NCBI GenBank assembly: GCA_963665235.2
Contig: CAXXLX010000001.1
Coordinates: 1,856,001 to 1,920,000, forward strand
DNA: 64,000 bases
Direction: 5' to 3'
DNA from: Candidatus Poribacteria bacterium
Lineage (GTDB): Bacteria > Poribacteria > WGA-4E > WGA-3G
Positions 20,104 to 29,000 of the stretch are shown piece by piece. Below the pieces are notes generated by a model. That model was not told the origin of the DNA. It worked only from the letters and a program-made list of their open reading frames with translations, and made no database searches. Positions within the stretch are counted from its first letter, which is position 1. Every line of letters begins with the position of its first letter. A program made the translations under genes and the position numbers.

Positions 20104-21942
20104 TTATAGGTGGTGTTTCCTTTGCTGTGAAGAAAGAATTCCGAGTTCGTCACGATATTTTTGAACGGTTCGCCTTGCTACAACAAAACCTCGGTCCTTC
20201 AAAGACACACTGACCGCCTCGTCGCTTAGCGGTTTGGCTGGGTTTTCGCTCCCTATTATCTCTTTAATCACCGATTTGACCCGCGCGGTAGACACTGTGT
20301 CCCCGTGTGTGGTGTCCAATCGGTTACTAAAGAAAAACTTTAAAGGAAAAATTCCGTGTGGTGTTTGCACATATTTATTGCTGGTGACGCGGCTCACTGT
20401 AGATTCATGCACTTCCGCCATCGTAGCGATAGTTTTCAAGATTAAGGGTTTGATGCTATCGGGCCCTTCTGTTAGAAAATCGGATTGCACCTCAAAGATA
20501 GCTTGTGTGATGCGGACAATAGTGTTCCCGCGCTGTGCGATATTGCTGAGCAGGTCGGTGGCTTTGCTGTACCGTTTCTGTATCCATTCTTTTGTTTCCG
20601 CATCCAAAGTTTCGTTGTGATTATGCAGGAGGTCAGCATAGTACCGGTTTATCCGCAAACGTGGGATATGGTCGTTATTCTGAAGAATCTGATATTCTCC
20701 GTTAATTTGCAAAATTTGGACATCCGGTATAACGATTTGGCTGCCTCCTGGGGGGGCTGTCATAGTTCTGAGAGTCGGGTCGGAAAAGTATCGTCCTGGA
20801 TAAGGGGATAAAGTGCCAATCCATTGCGCGGCCCGGCGTATTTCAGCTTTGTCGGTCCCGAGGGCATCTTCGATAGTAGTAATATGGTTGTTTAAGAGGT
20901 CATCGAGATGATGTTTTATGATATTTTTTGCAAGTTGATATGGAGCGTTACCGTCTGTTGACGAATCTAAGCTACTGGTCTTAAAGTGCTGCGTTCGGTA
21001 CGTATCAATCTGTATACAGAGCGTTTCCTGTAGGTCGCGATAGGCGATACCGGTCGGCTCAAAAGTGTGCTGAATTGTGTAAAGAACAGATTCAACTTGC
21101 GACAGCGGACATCCGATTTTTAGTGCAATATCCTCTAGGGTAAGTTGATACAGCATCAGTTCTGTTTCCTGTCGCTTGACTGTATAAGTTTTTTTATTAG
21201 CGGTATCAACGAGTTGCCATCCGCTATATTTCCCATCTAAACCTATATGTTCAGGAGGTGCTGTTATTGGATAGATAGCAAAACCTGATTCTTTATCTTC
21301 CCGGTTAGGTGCTCTGTCTTCGGGCGTTAGGTTGCCGAGCTTTTTGGATAGCGTAGTGTCTAATTCCTCCGAGATGCTGCCCTGTTCAAAGTCCTCAGTG
21401 AATTTTAAGGGGAGGGCAAACAGTTTTAGTTCTAGTTGCCCATCGTCGTTTAAGTTTCCTATAATGAGTTCACCGATAGCCCGTTCAATTTCGGTGAAGG
21501 GTGCAAGCTGCAGTTGTCGATAGAGGTATTCATGAAGGGACAAAGTTTCAGCGATGTCTGGTTCCGGCGCGTCAGGGTCAACATACTGATTATTCATTTT
21601 CGGTGTAGGAACGCGCATATCGTCAAATGCATCGGACCAGTCCATATCGACGTATGCGTCTTCGCGGTCAATATTTTCGGGTTCACTCCACTCCGGGGGA
21701 GGGTCAAACTCTTCAAGCTGCTTTCCGGTTTCCTCTTTAATCTTCTCTGTGATTTCACTGTCTTCTTCAATTTCCAGCAGTGGGTTTTCCACTATTTCCT
21801 GTTCAATAAACTGGCGAAGCTCTAACTGGGGCATCAAGAGAATTTCAATTGCGCGGCGCAATTGAGGTGTCATGACAATCCGGTTGGATTGGTGCTGTGT
21901 ATGAGTAATTTGCATTTTATTCTTCATCGGACCGCTCGGCAC
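20104..21942 (-). CDS. rpoN: RNA polymerase sigma-54 factor with an internal insertion
   Basis: MTPQLRRAIEILL, HESTVSR and RpoN box ARRTVQKYR. True start is probably ATG 21927 or 21915. Confidence 0.95.
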   Translation of the reverse strand: MPSGPMKNKMQITHTQHQSNRIVMTPQLRRAIEILLMPQLELRQFIEQEIVENPLLEIEEDSEITEKIKEETGKQLEEFDPPPEWSEPENIDREDAYVDMDWSDAFDDMRVPTPKMNNQYVDPDAPEPDIAETLSLHEYLYRQLQLAPFTEIERAIGELIIGNLNDDGQLELKLFALPLKFTEDFEQGSISEELDTTLSKKLGNLTPEDRAPNREDKESGFAIYPITAPPEHIGLDGKYSGWQLVDTANKKTYTVKRQETELMLYQLTLEDIALKIGCPLSQVESVLYTIQHTFEPTGIAYRDLQETLCIQIDTYRTQHFKTSSLDSSTDGNAPYQLAKNIIKHHLDDLLNNHITTIEDALGTDKAEIRRAAQWIGTLSPYPGRYFSDPTLRTMTAPPGGSQIVIPDVQILQINGEYQILQNNDHIPRLRINRYYADLLHNHNETLDAETKEWIQKRYSKATDLLSNIAQRGNTIVRITQAIFEVQSDFLTEGPDSIKPLILKTIATMAEVHESTVSRVTSNKYVQTPHGIFPLKFFFSNRLDTTHGDTVSTARVKSVIKEIIGSENPAKPLSDEAVSVSLKDRGFVVARRTVQKYRDELGILSSQQRKHHL

Positions 21943-22094
21943 AAACTAACAAGTTTATGCCCCTGTCTCCCATAGATACCGAAGGGCGATGTTCTTACGC
22001 GCTTTGCTCTGTCTTCGTCTGTTGTGTTGTCTGCCCGTTTGATAGCGTCTCATGCTCAGGAGCTCGCGCCTACCTTTGAGGCAGCGGGTTGAGG

Positions 22095-22859
22095 CTATGG
22101 TCCATCTGCCGTTGTGTTCCGCTGTTTGCCGTAAGGGAAGTTGTGACCGAAATAGAGTTCTCTTGCAACTTCACTGTTCAGTAGTTCATCAGGCGTACCA
22201 TCCAACGTAATTTTTCCATTCGCAATAAGATACGCTCTGTCAACAATATCAAGTGTTTCAACAGCATTATGGTCCGTAATAAGAATGCCGAGGTTCCGCT
22301 CGCGTAAATGCAAAATGAGATGCTTAATATCTGCGACAGCGATAGGGTCAATTCCTGAAAGTGGTTCATCTAATAGTATAAACGCTGGTTCCGCCGCAAG
22401 GGCACGCGCAATTTCAGCACGGCGGCACTCTCCACCTGACAACGTGTAAGCCTTTCGGTCCAGGAGTTCAAATATACCGAGCTCGGATGTTAACTCATGA
22501 ATACGGGCTTCACGTTCAGACTTAGGCACCCCTTTCGCCTCTAAAATTGCCTCAATGTTTTGCTTGATAGTCAGTTTTCGGAAGATTGACGTTTCTTGGG
22601 CAAGATAGCCGATACCAAGCCGTGCCCGTTTATACATCGGCAAGAAGGTGATGTCCTTGTCGTTATATGTTATCCTACCAGCATTCGGGCGGATAAGCCC
22701 GACCACCATATAAAACGTGGTTGATTTACCGGCACCGTTGGGCCCAAGCAAACCGATAATTTCACCCTGCCGGACAGACAGGCTCACCTCGTTGACGACG
22801 ATAGGCCCTCGCCGCGTATAACGTTTCACGAGTCCATGTGTTTGAAGTTCTATTGCCAC
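22095..22859 (-). CDS. lptB: LPS export ABC transporter ATP-binding protein
   Basis: GPNGAGKST, RARLGIGYLAQE, LSGGE, ITDHN; lies upstream of rpoN. Confidence 0.95.
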   Translation of the reverse strand: MAIELQTHGLVKRYTRRGPIVVNEVSLSVRQGEIIGLLGPNGAGKSTTFYMVVGLIRPNAGRITYNDKDITFLPMYKRARLGIGYLAQETSIFRKLTIKQNIEAILEAKGVPKSEREARIHELTSELGIFELLDRKAYTLSGGECRRAEIARALAAEPAFILLDEPLSGIDPIAVADIKHLILHLRERNLGILITDHNAVETLDIVDRAYLIANGKITLDGTPDELLNSEVARELYFGHNFPYGKQRNTTADGP

Positions 22860-22956
22860 TATGTTGATACCTATATTCTATTGTTGGAAACCTATTGGTT
22901 TCTTGCCGAATGTGCATAAGAAAACCTGCGGCGTGTTTAACCCGACCTACAATATA

Positions 22957-23970
22957 CTATTCCGTTTCTTCCGGCGGTTCCGTGTCGTCAGGTTTTTCCT
23001 CTGTCTCGTCAGGTTTTTCTTCCGTGTCATCAGATTTCTCTTCTGTTTCTGTGGGGGGCGTTTCTTTATCTGTATCAGATTTTGAATCTGTATCCGCTTC
23101 TTTCGTTTCAGACGGAGCAGTTTTCTCTTCGGAATCTGCTTTCCCGGAGTCATCGGCTTTGCCTGTATCTTCTTTCGTTTTGGCAGGTGCAGGCTTTTCC
23201 TCAGCAGTGCCAGGTTTTGTATCACTAGTGCCGGTGCTCGGCTCCGTTTTTTCAGATTCATCGGTTTCGGCTGGCGTTTCAGGTACGACTTGTGTGATGC
23301 GCACCTCAAATTTAACACCCCCCTCGCCAGTCTGTTTTCCGGTTACCCGATTAAACGTGAAAACCTTGGTTTCAAGCCTATCCTTCTCCTGTAAAACAAC
23401 GACATCCCCTGTAAGGGTAATGAGATTCGTCAGGTTATCCAAGGTAGCATGGTTGCATGTAGCGAAGATGTCTTTATCTCGAATTTCCACGTTGCCCTCA
23501 GCGATAACCTCTTTGGTACGCCCGGTTTCCAAGTCATTTTTGAGCGTGACTTTATCTCCGTTGAGAAATCCGATTTCTTCACCTTTTCCGCCATCTTCTT
23601 TCTGTTCGTACCGTAGCATTTTGACATTTCCGGTAAAGATTATTATGCCTTTTGGCTCATCTCTCTCCGCGTTATCGGAGGAGCCGACAATGATTTCTTG
23701 AGTCGTTTGGGGCGGGCTGCTGTTGTTACCTGCGTCCGTTTTGCCCGAATTTGTCTCGGATTCGCCACTTTGGACTGCCTGCGGTTGTACTTCTTCCTGC
23801 TTGACAACGTCATCCTCTTTTTTTTCGGGGTTCGGGGCATCTTCTGCCCACACTGAGCACACTGTCAAACAGATAACTACCGCAAAAAGGGCTAATCCGT
23901 TCCCAATGAGTAGGGGTAGCTTCCACAGTACGTCAGCACTGCGTCTAGATAGGATTTTTATGCTAGTCAT
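22957..23970 (-). CDS. lptA: LptA/OstA-family protein with a long acidic low-complexity tail
   Basis: FTGNV, AEGNV and LTGDVVV jellyroll motifs; lies between lptC and lptB. Confidence 0.75.
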   Translation of the reverse strand: MTSIKILSRRSADVLWKLPLLIGNGLALFAVVICLTVCSVWAEDAPNPEKKEDDVVKQEEVQPQAVQSGESETNSGKTDAGNNSSPPQTTQEIIVGSSDNAERDEPKGIIIFTGNVKMLRYEQKEDGGKGEEIGFLNGDKVTLKNDLETGRTKEVIAEGNVEIRDKDIFATCNHATLDNLTNLITLTGDVVVLQEKDRLETKVFTFNRVTGKQTGEGGVKFEVRITQVVPETPAETDESEKTEPSTGTSDTKPGTAEEKPAPAKTKEDTGKADDSGKADSEEKTAPSETKEADTDSKSDTDKETPPTETEEKSDDTEEKPDETEEKPDDTEPPEETE

Positions 23971-24661
23971 GTATTTCCTCGTCTTTTGAATAGAGTGTAA
24001 ATCGATTATTTTCCATGTTTACGGTTTCAAGTGTTGGATTGGCCACCATTTCGGTGCCATACCATGTAGAATTACCCCGGACGATTTTAACCTCATTCGG
24101 CGCGTAGAGCGTGCCTTTCTTGTTCTGCCAGAAGAGCTCTTCAGTATAGAGCGTTCCGTTTTCGCTGATTCCGACCACATCTTCCCGTAGATGTAAATTG
24201 TCCTTCTCTTTACCCCGGAGAAAATGCTGTCCTCTTTTACTGGTCAACGTTATAGCGACCTGTCCCTCTTCAAAAATTTGGACCTTTGGATTCTGAACGG
24301 TGACCTTATCCCTACTGACATCCGATTCTTCGCCAATGATGGTTAAAACCTCACCGACAAGCGTCCACTTGAGGACACCTGCCTCGGTGTGTTGCATGGC
24401 GAACTGTTCCAGCTGCTGTGTCGGCTCAGGGTCAACCGGTTGCTGGCCGTTTTCCTCCTGGCGGCATGCTGTGAACGCTAGGAGTAGGAACAGATTCAGC
24501 ACCACTACGATGCAAAAATCTTTCCAACTTGTAGGCTTACAACACCTGCTTCCCCGACGATGGACGTGTTTTCCAACGTTGATGCATCCAAATCCACTGC
24601 TCCGGATATTGTCGGATGTAGGATTCAATAATTTTTGTGAATTTCTGTGTATTGATAACAA
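23963..24661 (-). CDS. lptC: LPS export periplasmic protein LptC; true start probably downstream
   Basis: Hydrophobic anchor ending FTAC, LYTEELFW motif, and synteny. Confidence 0.75.
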   Translation of the reverse strand: MLSIHRNSQKLLNPTSDNIRSSGFGCINVGKHVHRRGSRCCKPTSWKDFCIVVVLNLFLLLAFTACRQEENGQQPVDPEPTQQLEQFAMQHTEAGVLKWTLVGEVLTIIGEESDVSRDKVTVQNPKVQIFEEGQVAITLTSKRGQHFLRGKEKDNLHLREDVVGISENGTLYTEELFWQNKKGTLYAPNEVKIVRGNSTWYGTEMVANPTLETVNMENNRFTLYSKDEEIHD

Positions 24662-25430
24662 GTTCTTTCTCTTTAGCCTCTGTCCGTTTCAACACTAACG
24701 GTGGTTCAATAATAACCCGATGCGAATTATCGGGTTGCCTTACCATAAAGGTCGGTAGTATTGCAGCACCTGTTTTGAGCGCGAAAGCAATCGGACTATA
24801 TGGCGTATAGGCCCGTCTACCGAAAAAATCAACAAAAACCCCGTTGACGGTCGTATCCACATCCGCGAGAATGCCGAGCAGTTCGTTGCGTTTTAAGCAC
24901 CGCAGTGCATGTCGTACCCCGGTATCCCGGTCGATGGTGACATATCCGCCCTTTTCTCGGTAACGTTGAACCAGGACGTTTAGCCGCGGGGAGCGTAACT
25001 CGCGTGCAATCGGGGACAGCGGGGCAACGGTCGCAGCGAGGCTTGCACCAAGGAGCTCCCAATTTCCGAAATGTGCTGTTAAAATAATTGCTCCTTTCCC
25101 TTGTGACAGCGCGTGCTCCACATGCTGAAGTCCCTCAAAGCTGACGTGCCTTTGAATCCGCTTTAGATTCAAGCGCGGATACTGCATAAACTCTACCGCA
25201 TTTTTGCCTAAATTTTCAAAACACCTTTTCGCTATCGCTTTAACCTGCCGGTCATCCGTCAGGTCCAAACTGCGCCGGAGGTGTTCACAAGCCAATCTGC
25301 GTTGCTGCGGTGCAACCCAGAATGCAAGGGTTCCCAACCACCGACCGATAGCTAAGGCTACCGAACGCGGGAGGTAAGATACACAAAAACCGAGCAGTTT
25401 GACTGCAAATTCATAAAACTGATCTTTCAT
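24537..25430 (-). CDS. Lipid A late (lauroyl-type) acyltransferase, LpxL/HtrB family
   Basis: TAHFGNWE, FVDFFG and YPEQWIWMHQRWK. Confidence 0.9.
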   Translation of the reverse strand: MKDQFYEFAVKLLGFCVSYLPRSVALAIGRWLGTLAFWVAPQQRRLACEHLRRSLDLTDDRQVKAIAKRCFENLGKNAVEFMQYPRLNLKRIQRHVSFEGLQHVEHALSQGKGAIILTAHFGNWELLGASLAATVAPLSPIARELRSPRLNVLVQRYREKGGYVTIDRDTGVRHALRCLKRNELLGILADVDTTVNGVFVDFFGRRAYTPYSPIAFALKTGAAILPTFMVRQPDNSHRVIIEPPLVLKRTEAKEKELVINTQKFTKIIESYIRQYPEQWIWMHQRWKTRPSSGKQVL

Positions 25431-25620
25431 TGTTTAAATAGTATACTAAATTTCTCGCGAAATTACAAAGAAAAATTGTGAAGTAAAAACAAATTCTGTA
25501 GGTCTTTTGATATTAGTTTATATTTTTACACAATTTCTTCATTTTTTTCAACAAATTCGGTTAAAACCTCTGAAATACGACTTGATTTTTCGTCGGAATT
25601 TCGGGTACACTTTAAACAGA

Positions 25621-26937
25621 ATGGACATCTCTATGCAAAACGCTGAGGGCATCAACAAACAAATCGTTCGGTTGGCTATTCCGAATATCATTAGCAACTT
25701 TTCTATCCCACTTCTTGGTGCAGTAGATACCGCTTTGATGGGCCACTTGGAGTCTGAGTTCTACTTAGGTGCGGTCGGTATCGGCGGTGTAATCTTCAGT
25801 TTTATCTACTGGGGATTTGGGTTTATTAGAATGGCGACAACAGGCTTGACTGCCCAAGCCTTCGGGAAAAACGATACTGCAGCATGCGGTCTCTTGCTCC
25901 AGAGAGGCATATCCATCGGTTTAATCGGGGGGCTCCTACTGTTTAGCGGCCAATGGTTTCTTGCCGATGTAAGTTTCATGCTTATTGAAACGAGTCCGGA
26001 GGTAGTAGAGCTCGCTCGTACCTATTTTCACATCCGCATCTACGCTGCCCCGGCGACACTCTGTCTACACGCCTTCCACGGCGTTTTTTTAGGATTACAG
26101 AACGCCCATTATCCGATGGTGTTGACACTTATCGTCAATCTCATCAACATTGTCCTGAACCTATTATTTGTGAACCTGCTTGGCATGAAGGTAGAGGGAG
26201 TCGCCTTCGCAACCGTCATCGCGCAATATGTCGGTCTCTTTTTGGCAGGTGTGCTCTTTTTGACGCGCTATCGGCACCTCCTAACAACCTGGGATTTCCG
26301 AAAAATCCTCGCGTTCTCTAAACTGAAGCGATTCCTCGGCATCAGCAGTGATATTTTCATCCGGACCCTTTGCTTGGTATTTAGCCATGCCTATTTCACA
26401 GCAAAATCTGCTGCCTTGAGTGATAGCTTTTTGGCAATTAACACTATTCTGCTCCAGTATATTAATCTGTTATCTTACGCGATTGATGGGTTCGCTTTTG
26501 CAGCCGAGAGCATGGTGGGCAAATACAAAGGGGCAGGTGACATGTCCAATTTGAAGCGGACAGTACGTCATATTTTTATGTCAGCGTTCCTATTCAGCTG
26601 CATGTTGACGTTGATTTTTAGCGTTTTTAGTGAGGAATTGTTCAATATTTTCACCAATCAGGTCAATCTTATTCAGGAAGTTGAACCGTATTTTATTTGG
26701 ATAATCGTCGCGCCTATTGTCAACGTTGCTGCCTACATTTGGGATGGGATTTATCTTGGCGCGACCGCCTCAAAACCGTTGCGAAATGCTATGATTGTTT
26801 CAATGGTGTTCTTTTTAGGGGCCGTCTATCTGCTAATGCCTTTTGGCAACCATGGACTTTGGGGCGCGTTGACACTCTTGTTGGTAGCGCGTGGCGTATC
26901 GCTCACGTTGTTGGCACCGAAGCATTTGTATTCCTAA
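25621..26937 (+). CDS. MATE-family efflux transporter (DinF-like)
   Basis: LAIPNIISN..PLLGAVDT, RMATTGLTAQA and DGFAFAAE. Start is 25621 or 25633. Confidence 0.9.
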   Translation: MDISMQNAEGINKQIVRLAIPNIISNFSIPLLGAVDTALMGHLESEFYLGAVGIGGVIFSFIYWGFGFIRMATTGLTAQAFGKNDTAACGLLLQRGISIGLIGGLLLFSGQWFLADVSFMLIETSPEVVELARTYFHIRIYAAPATLCLHAFHGVFLGLQNAHYPMVLTLIVNLINIVLNLLFVNLLGMKVEGVAFATVIAQYVGLFLAGVLFLTRYRHLLTTWDFRKILAFSKLKRFLGISSDIFIRTLCLVFSHAYFTAKSAALSDSFLAINTILLQYINLLSYAIDGFAFAAESMVGKYKGAGDMSNLKRTVRHIFMSAFLFSCMLTLIFSVFSEELFNIFTNQVNLIQEVEPYFIWIIVAPIVNVAAYIWDGIYLGATASKPLRNAMIVSMVFFLGAVYLLMPFGNHGLWGALTLLLVARGVSLTLLAPKHLYS

Positions 26938-26993
26938 GCACGGGACGAGCGGTACCCATTCGAGCCGATTATGTGGATAGTTTTAAAAATATT

Positions 26994-27022
26994 TTGACAT
27001 TTTCAAGAAATTTTGGTATGCT
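26994..27022 (+). promoter_or_regulatory. Sigma70-type promoter for the cytochrome c gene
   Basis: TTGACA-N17-TATGCT with TG extension. Confidence 0.7.
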
Positions 27023-27085
27023 AGAGTCATGCAAACGAAAAACAGTTACGAATCGTAAGAAATTTACTAGGAACAATCAAAAGTC

Positions 27086-27991
27086 ATGAAACAAGCTTTC
27101 TTATTTTTAGCATTATCTGTGTTGATGAGCACAATTGCTATCTTCAAAATCGCAACGCTGCATGCAGATACGGCGAAAACGGCGGATACAACAGCTGCTG
27201 CAGCACCGAACACACAAACCCCCTTTGCTGAAGGATGTAACAAGTGTCATGCAGATGAACCTGCGTCCAAAGAGTGGAAGCAAGCGGGACACTCACATGC
27301 CCTTGTTAATCTCCTCAAGGGGCCCTATGAGGTGCGCCGCTCCTGTCTAAGTTGCCACTCCTCTGGGTATGAAATTTTCAGTGAGCGGGGGTATCCAGGG
27401 CATACCTATAACGAAAAGACAGCGGTAAATGCAGTCGCGTGCTCTTCATGCCATTCGCATAATAGTAAAGAGGAACATCTGTTGGTAAAACCGGTGAAGA
27501 AATTATGTGTCAGCTGCCATAAAATGGATTGCGGTTGTGCCGGGGCGGGTATCGTCCATCAGTCACAATCGGAGATGTTTTTAGGACGTGAGGGTGCGGG
27601 TGTCAAACGGATGCCCTCGCCGCATGTGCGGGCAATGAAGAAGCGGTGCGTCCATTGTCACATGGCAAAAGATGACCCGAAAGCTGTAGTAAAACATGGC
27701 GGGCATACGTTCGCTGCAGATTTTTCGACGTGTAGCAACGCGGGCTGCCACGATAGTGCGGACAACGATATGAAAATAAAACTGCCGCTGTATCGCACCG
27801 AAATTGAGGCAAAGATGAAGGCTGTCAAAACGATGCTGGACGGTGTCGAAGACAAAACCTCACAAGCCTACAAAGACGCGAAGCTCAACTACGATATGGT
27901 GAAAGGCGATAGCGGCTATGGGTTACACAATATCCCGTACGCTCACGCCTTATTGGACTACAGCCTCTCCCTTAAGTCGGTGCTAAAATAG
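27086..27991 (+). CDS. Periplasmic multiheme cytochrome c
   Basis: Signal peptide, five CxxCH motifs (CNKCH, CLSCH, CSSCH, CVSCH, CVHCH), one CSNAGCH, and C-terminal DSGYGLHN. Confidence 0.9.
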   Translation: MKQAFLFLALSVLMSTIAIFKIATLHADTAKTADTTAAAAPNTQTPFAEGCNKCHADEPASKEWKQAGHSHALVNLLKGPYEVRRSCLSCHSSGYEIFSERGYPGHTYNEKTAVNAVACSSCHSHNSKEEHLLVKPVKKLCVSCHKMDCGCAGAGIVHQSQSEMFLGREGAGVKRMPSPHVRAMKKRCVHCHMAKDDPKAVVKHGGHTFAADFSTCSNAGCHDSADNDMKIKLPLYRTEIEAKMKAVKTMLDGVEDKTSQAYKDAKLNYDMVKGDSGYGLHNIPYAHALLDYSLSLKSVLK

Positions 27992-28017
27992 GCGCGCGCC
28001 AACGTTAGGCACGCGCT

Positions 28018-28887
28018 TTAATTCGCTGCAGGCAATGCCGTTTTTAAGGGCACATCCTTATCTTGCGGAATATAATAGCTCAACGGGTCGTCGACGACCC
28101 CGATTAGCTGCTTCTGAATCGGGTTGCATTTGGCGACCAGTTCGTCGGGCATCATGATATAATCCATCGGTTTGACCCAGCGGTAGGCATATCCCATAAA
28201 AATAGTTTTGCGTGGATAGCCGACCCAGTTATGCCCGATACCGTGCCACGTCCGTTGTTCAAAGAGAAATGCATCGCCTGCGTTGACGTTCATAGAGATT
28301 GCCCCGCGTGCCCAACCTGTTTCCGGTTCAACGGCGGGCCTGCCAGTCAAGCGGTTGCTGCCTGGGACAAGCACCGTCGCACCCGATGCGGGGTCAGATT
28401 GGTCGCTGATAGCGTAAGCTATCTTGAGCAGAATGCGCGGATGCGGCTCCTGCATTTCACGATAGGAGGTACCGCCATCACGATGAAGCCCGATGCGCGT
28501 CTTGACATCCGCCGCCGGCTCCGCTTTAGAAGGAAGTACAATTAGATGTGATGTAATCATCTGAACGTTCCAATTCAGTACGCCACACGCAAGCGGTACT
28601 GTGTTGTGCCAGTCAAGCAGTTGAAGAAAGGCTTCGTGATGTGTAATGCAGTTGCGTAGGTTTAACTTACCGCCTGCCTCCAGATTGCCCGCTGCCTCTT
28701 GTTCGGCGTACACTTCATCAACTGCAGCATCGATTTCTGATACGACATCCGGGGGCAACGCATTTTTGATTAGCAGATAACCGTTGTTGTCAACGAACTG
28801 CTTTTGCTCAGGCGTAAGGACTATTGCCTCTGACAAATCGGTTTTTGTATCCATGTTTGTTTTCATCCTTTTTTTAGATATGTGCAA
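28018..28887 (-). CDS. Phytanoyl-CoA dioxygenase (PhyH) family Fe(II)/2OG dioxygenase
   Basis: NGYLLIKNAL, LHRD, VLVPGSN, GDAFLF...WHG. Start is probably slightly downstream. Confidence 0.9.
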   Translation of the reverse strand: MHISKKRMKTNMDTKTDLSEAIVLTPEQKQFVDNNGYLLIKNALPPDVVSEIDAAVDEVYAEQEAAGNLEAGGKLNLRNCITHHEAFLQLLDWHNTVPLACGVLNWNVQMITSHLIVLPSKAEPAADVKTRIGLHRDGGTSYREMQEPHPRILLKIAYAISDQSDPASGATVLVPGSNRLTGRPAVEPETGWARGAISMNVNAGDAFLFEQRTWHGIGHNWVGYPRKTIFMGYAYRWVKPMDYIMMPDELVAKCNPIQKQLIGVVDDPLSYYIPQDKDVPLKTALPAAN

Positions 28888-29000
28888 AATTCACACTTAT
28901 GCTATTCCATTAAACGTGTTTTCGTTTAAAAGTATACAACCATTCGCAGAAAATTTCAAGAAAATTGAGCAGCCCCCCACGTGTAAGGTGATGCACAGAA

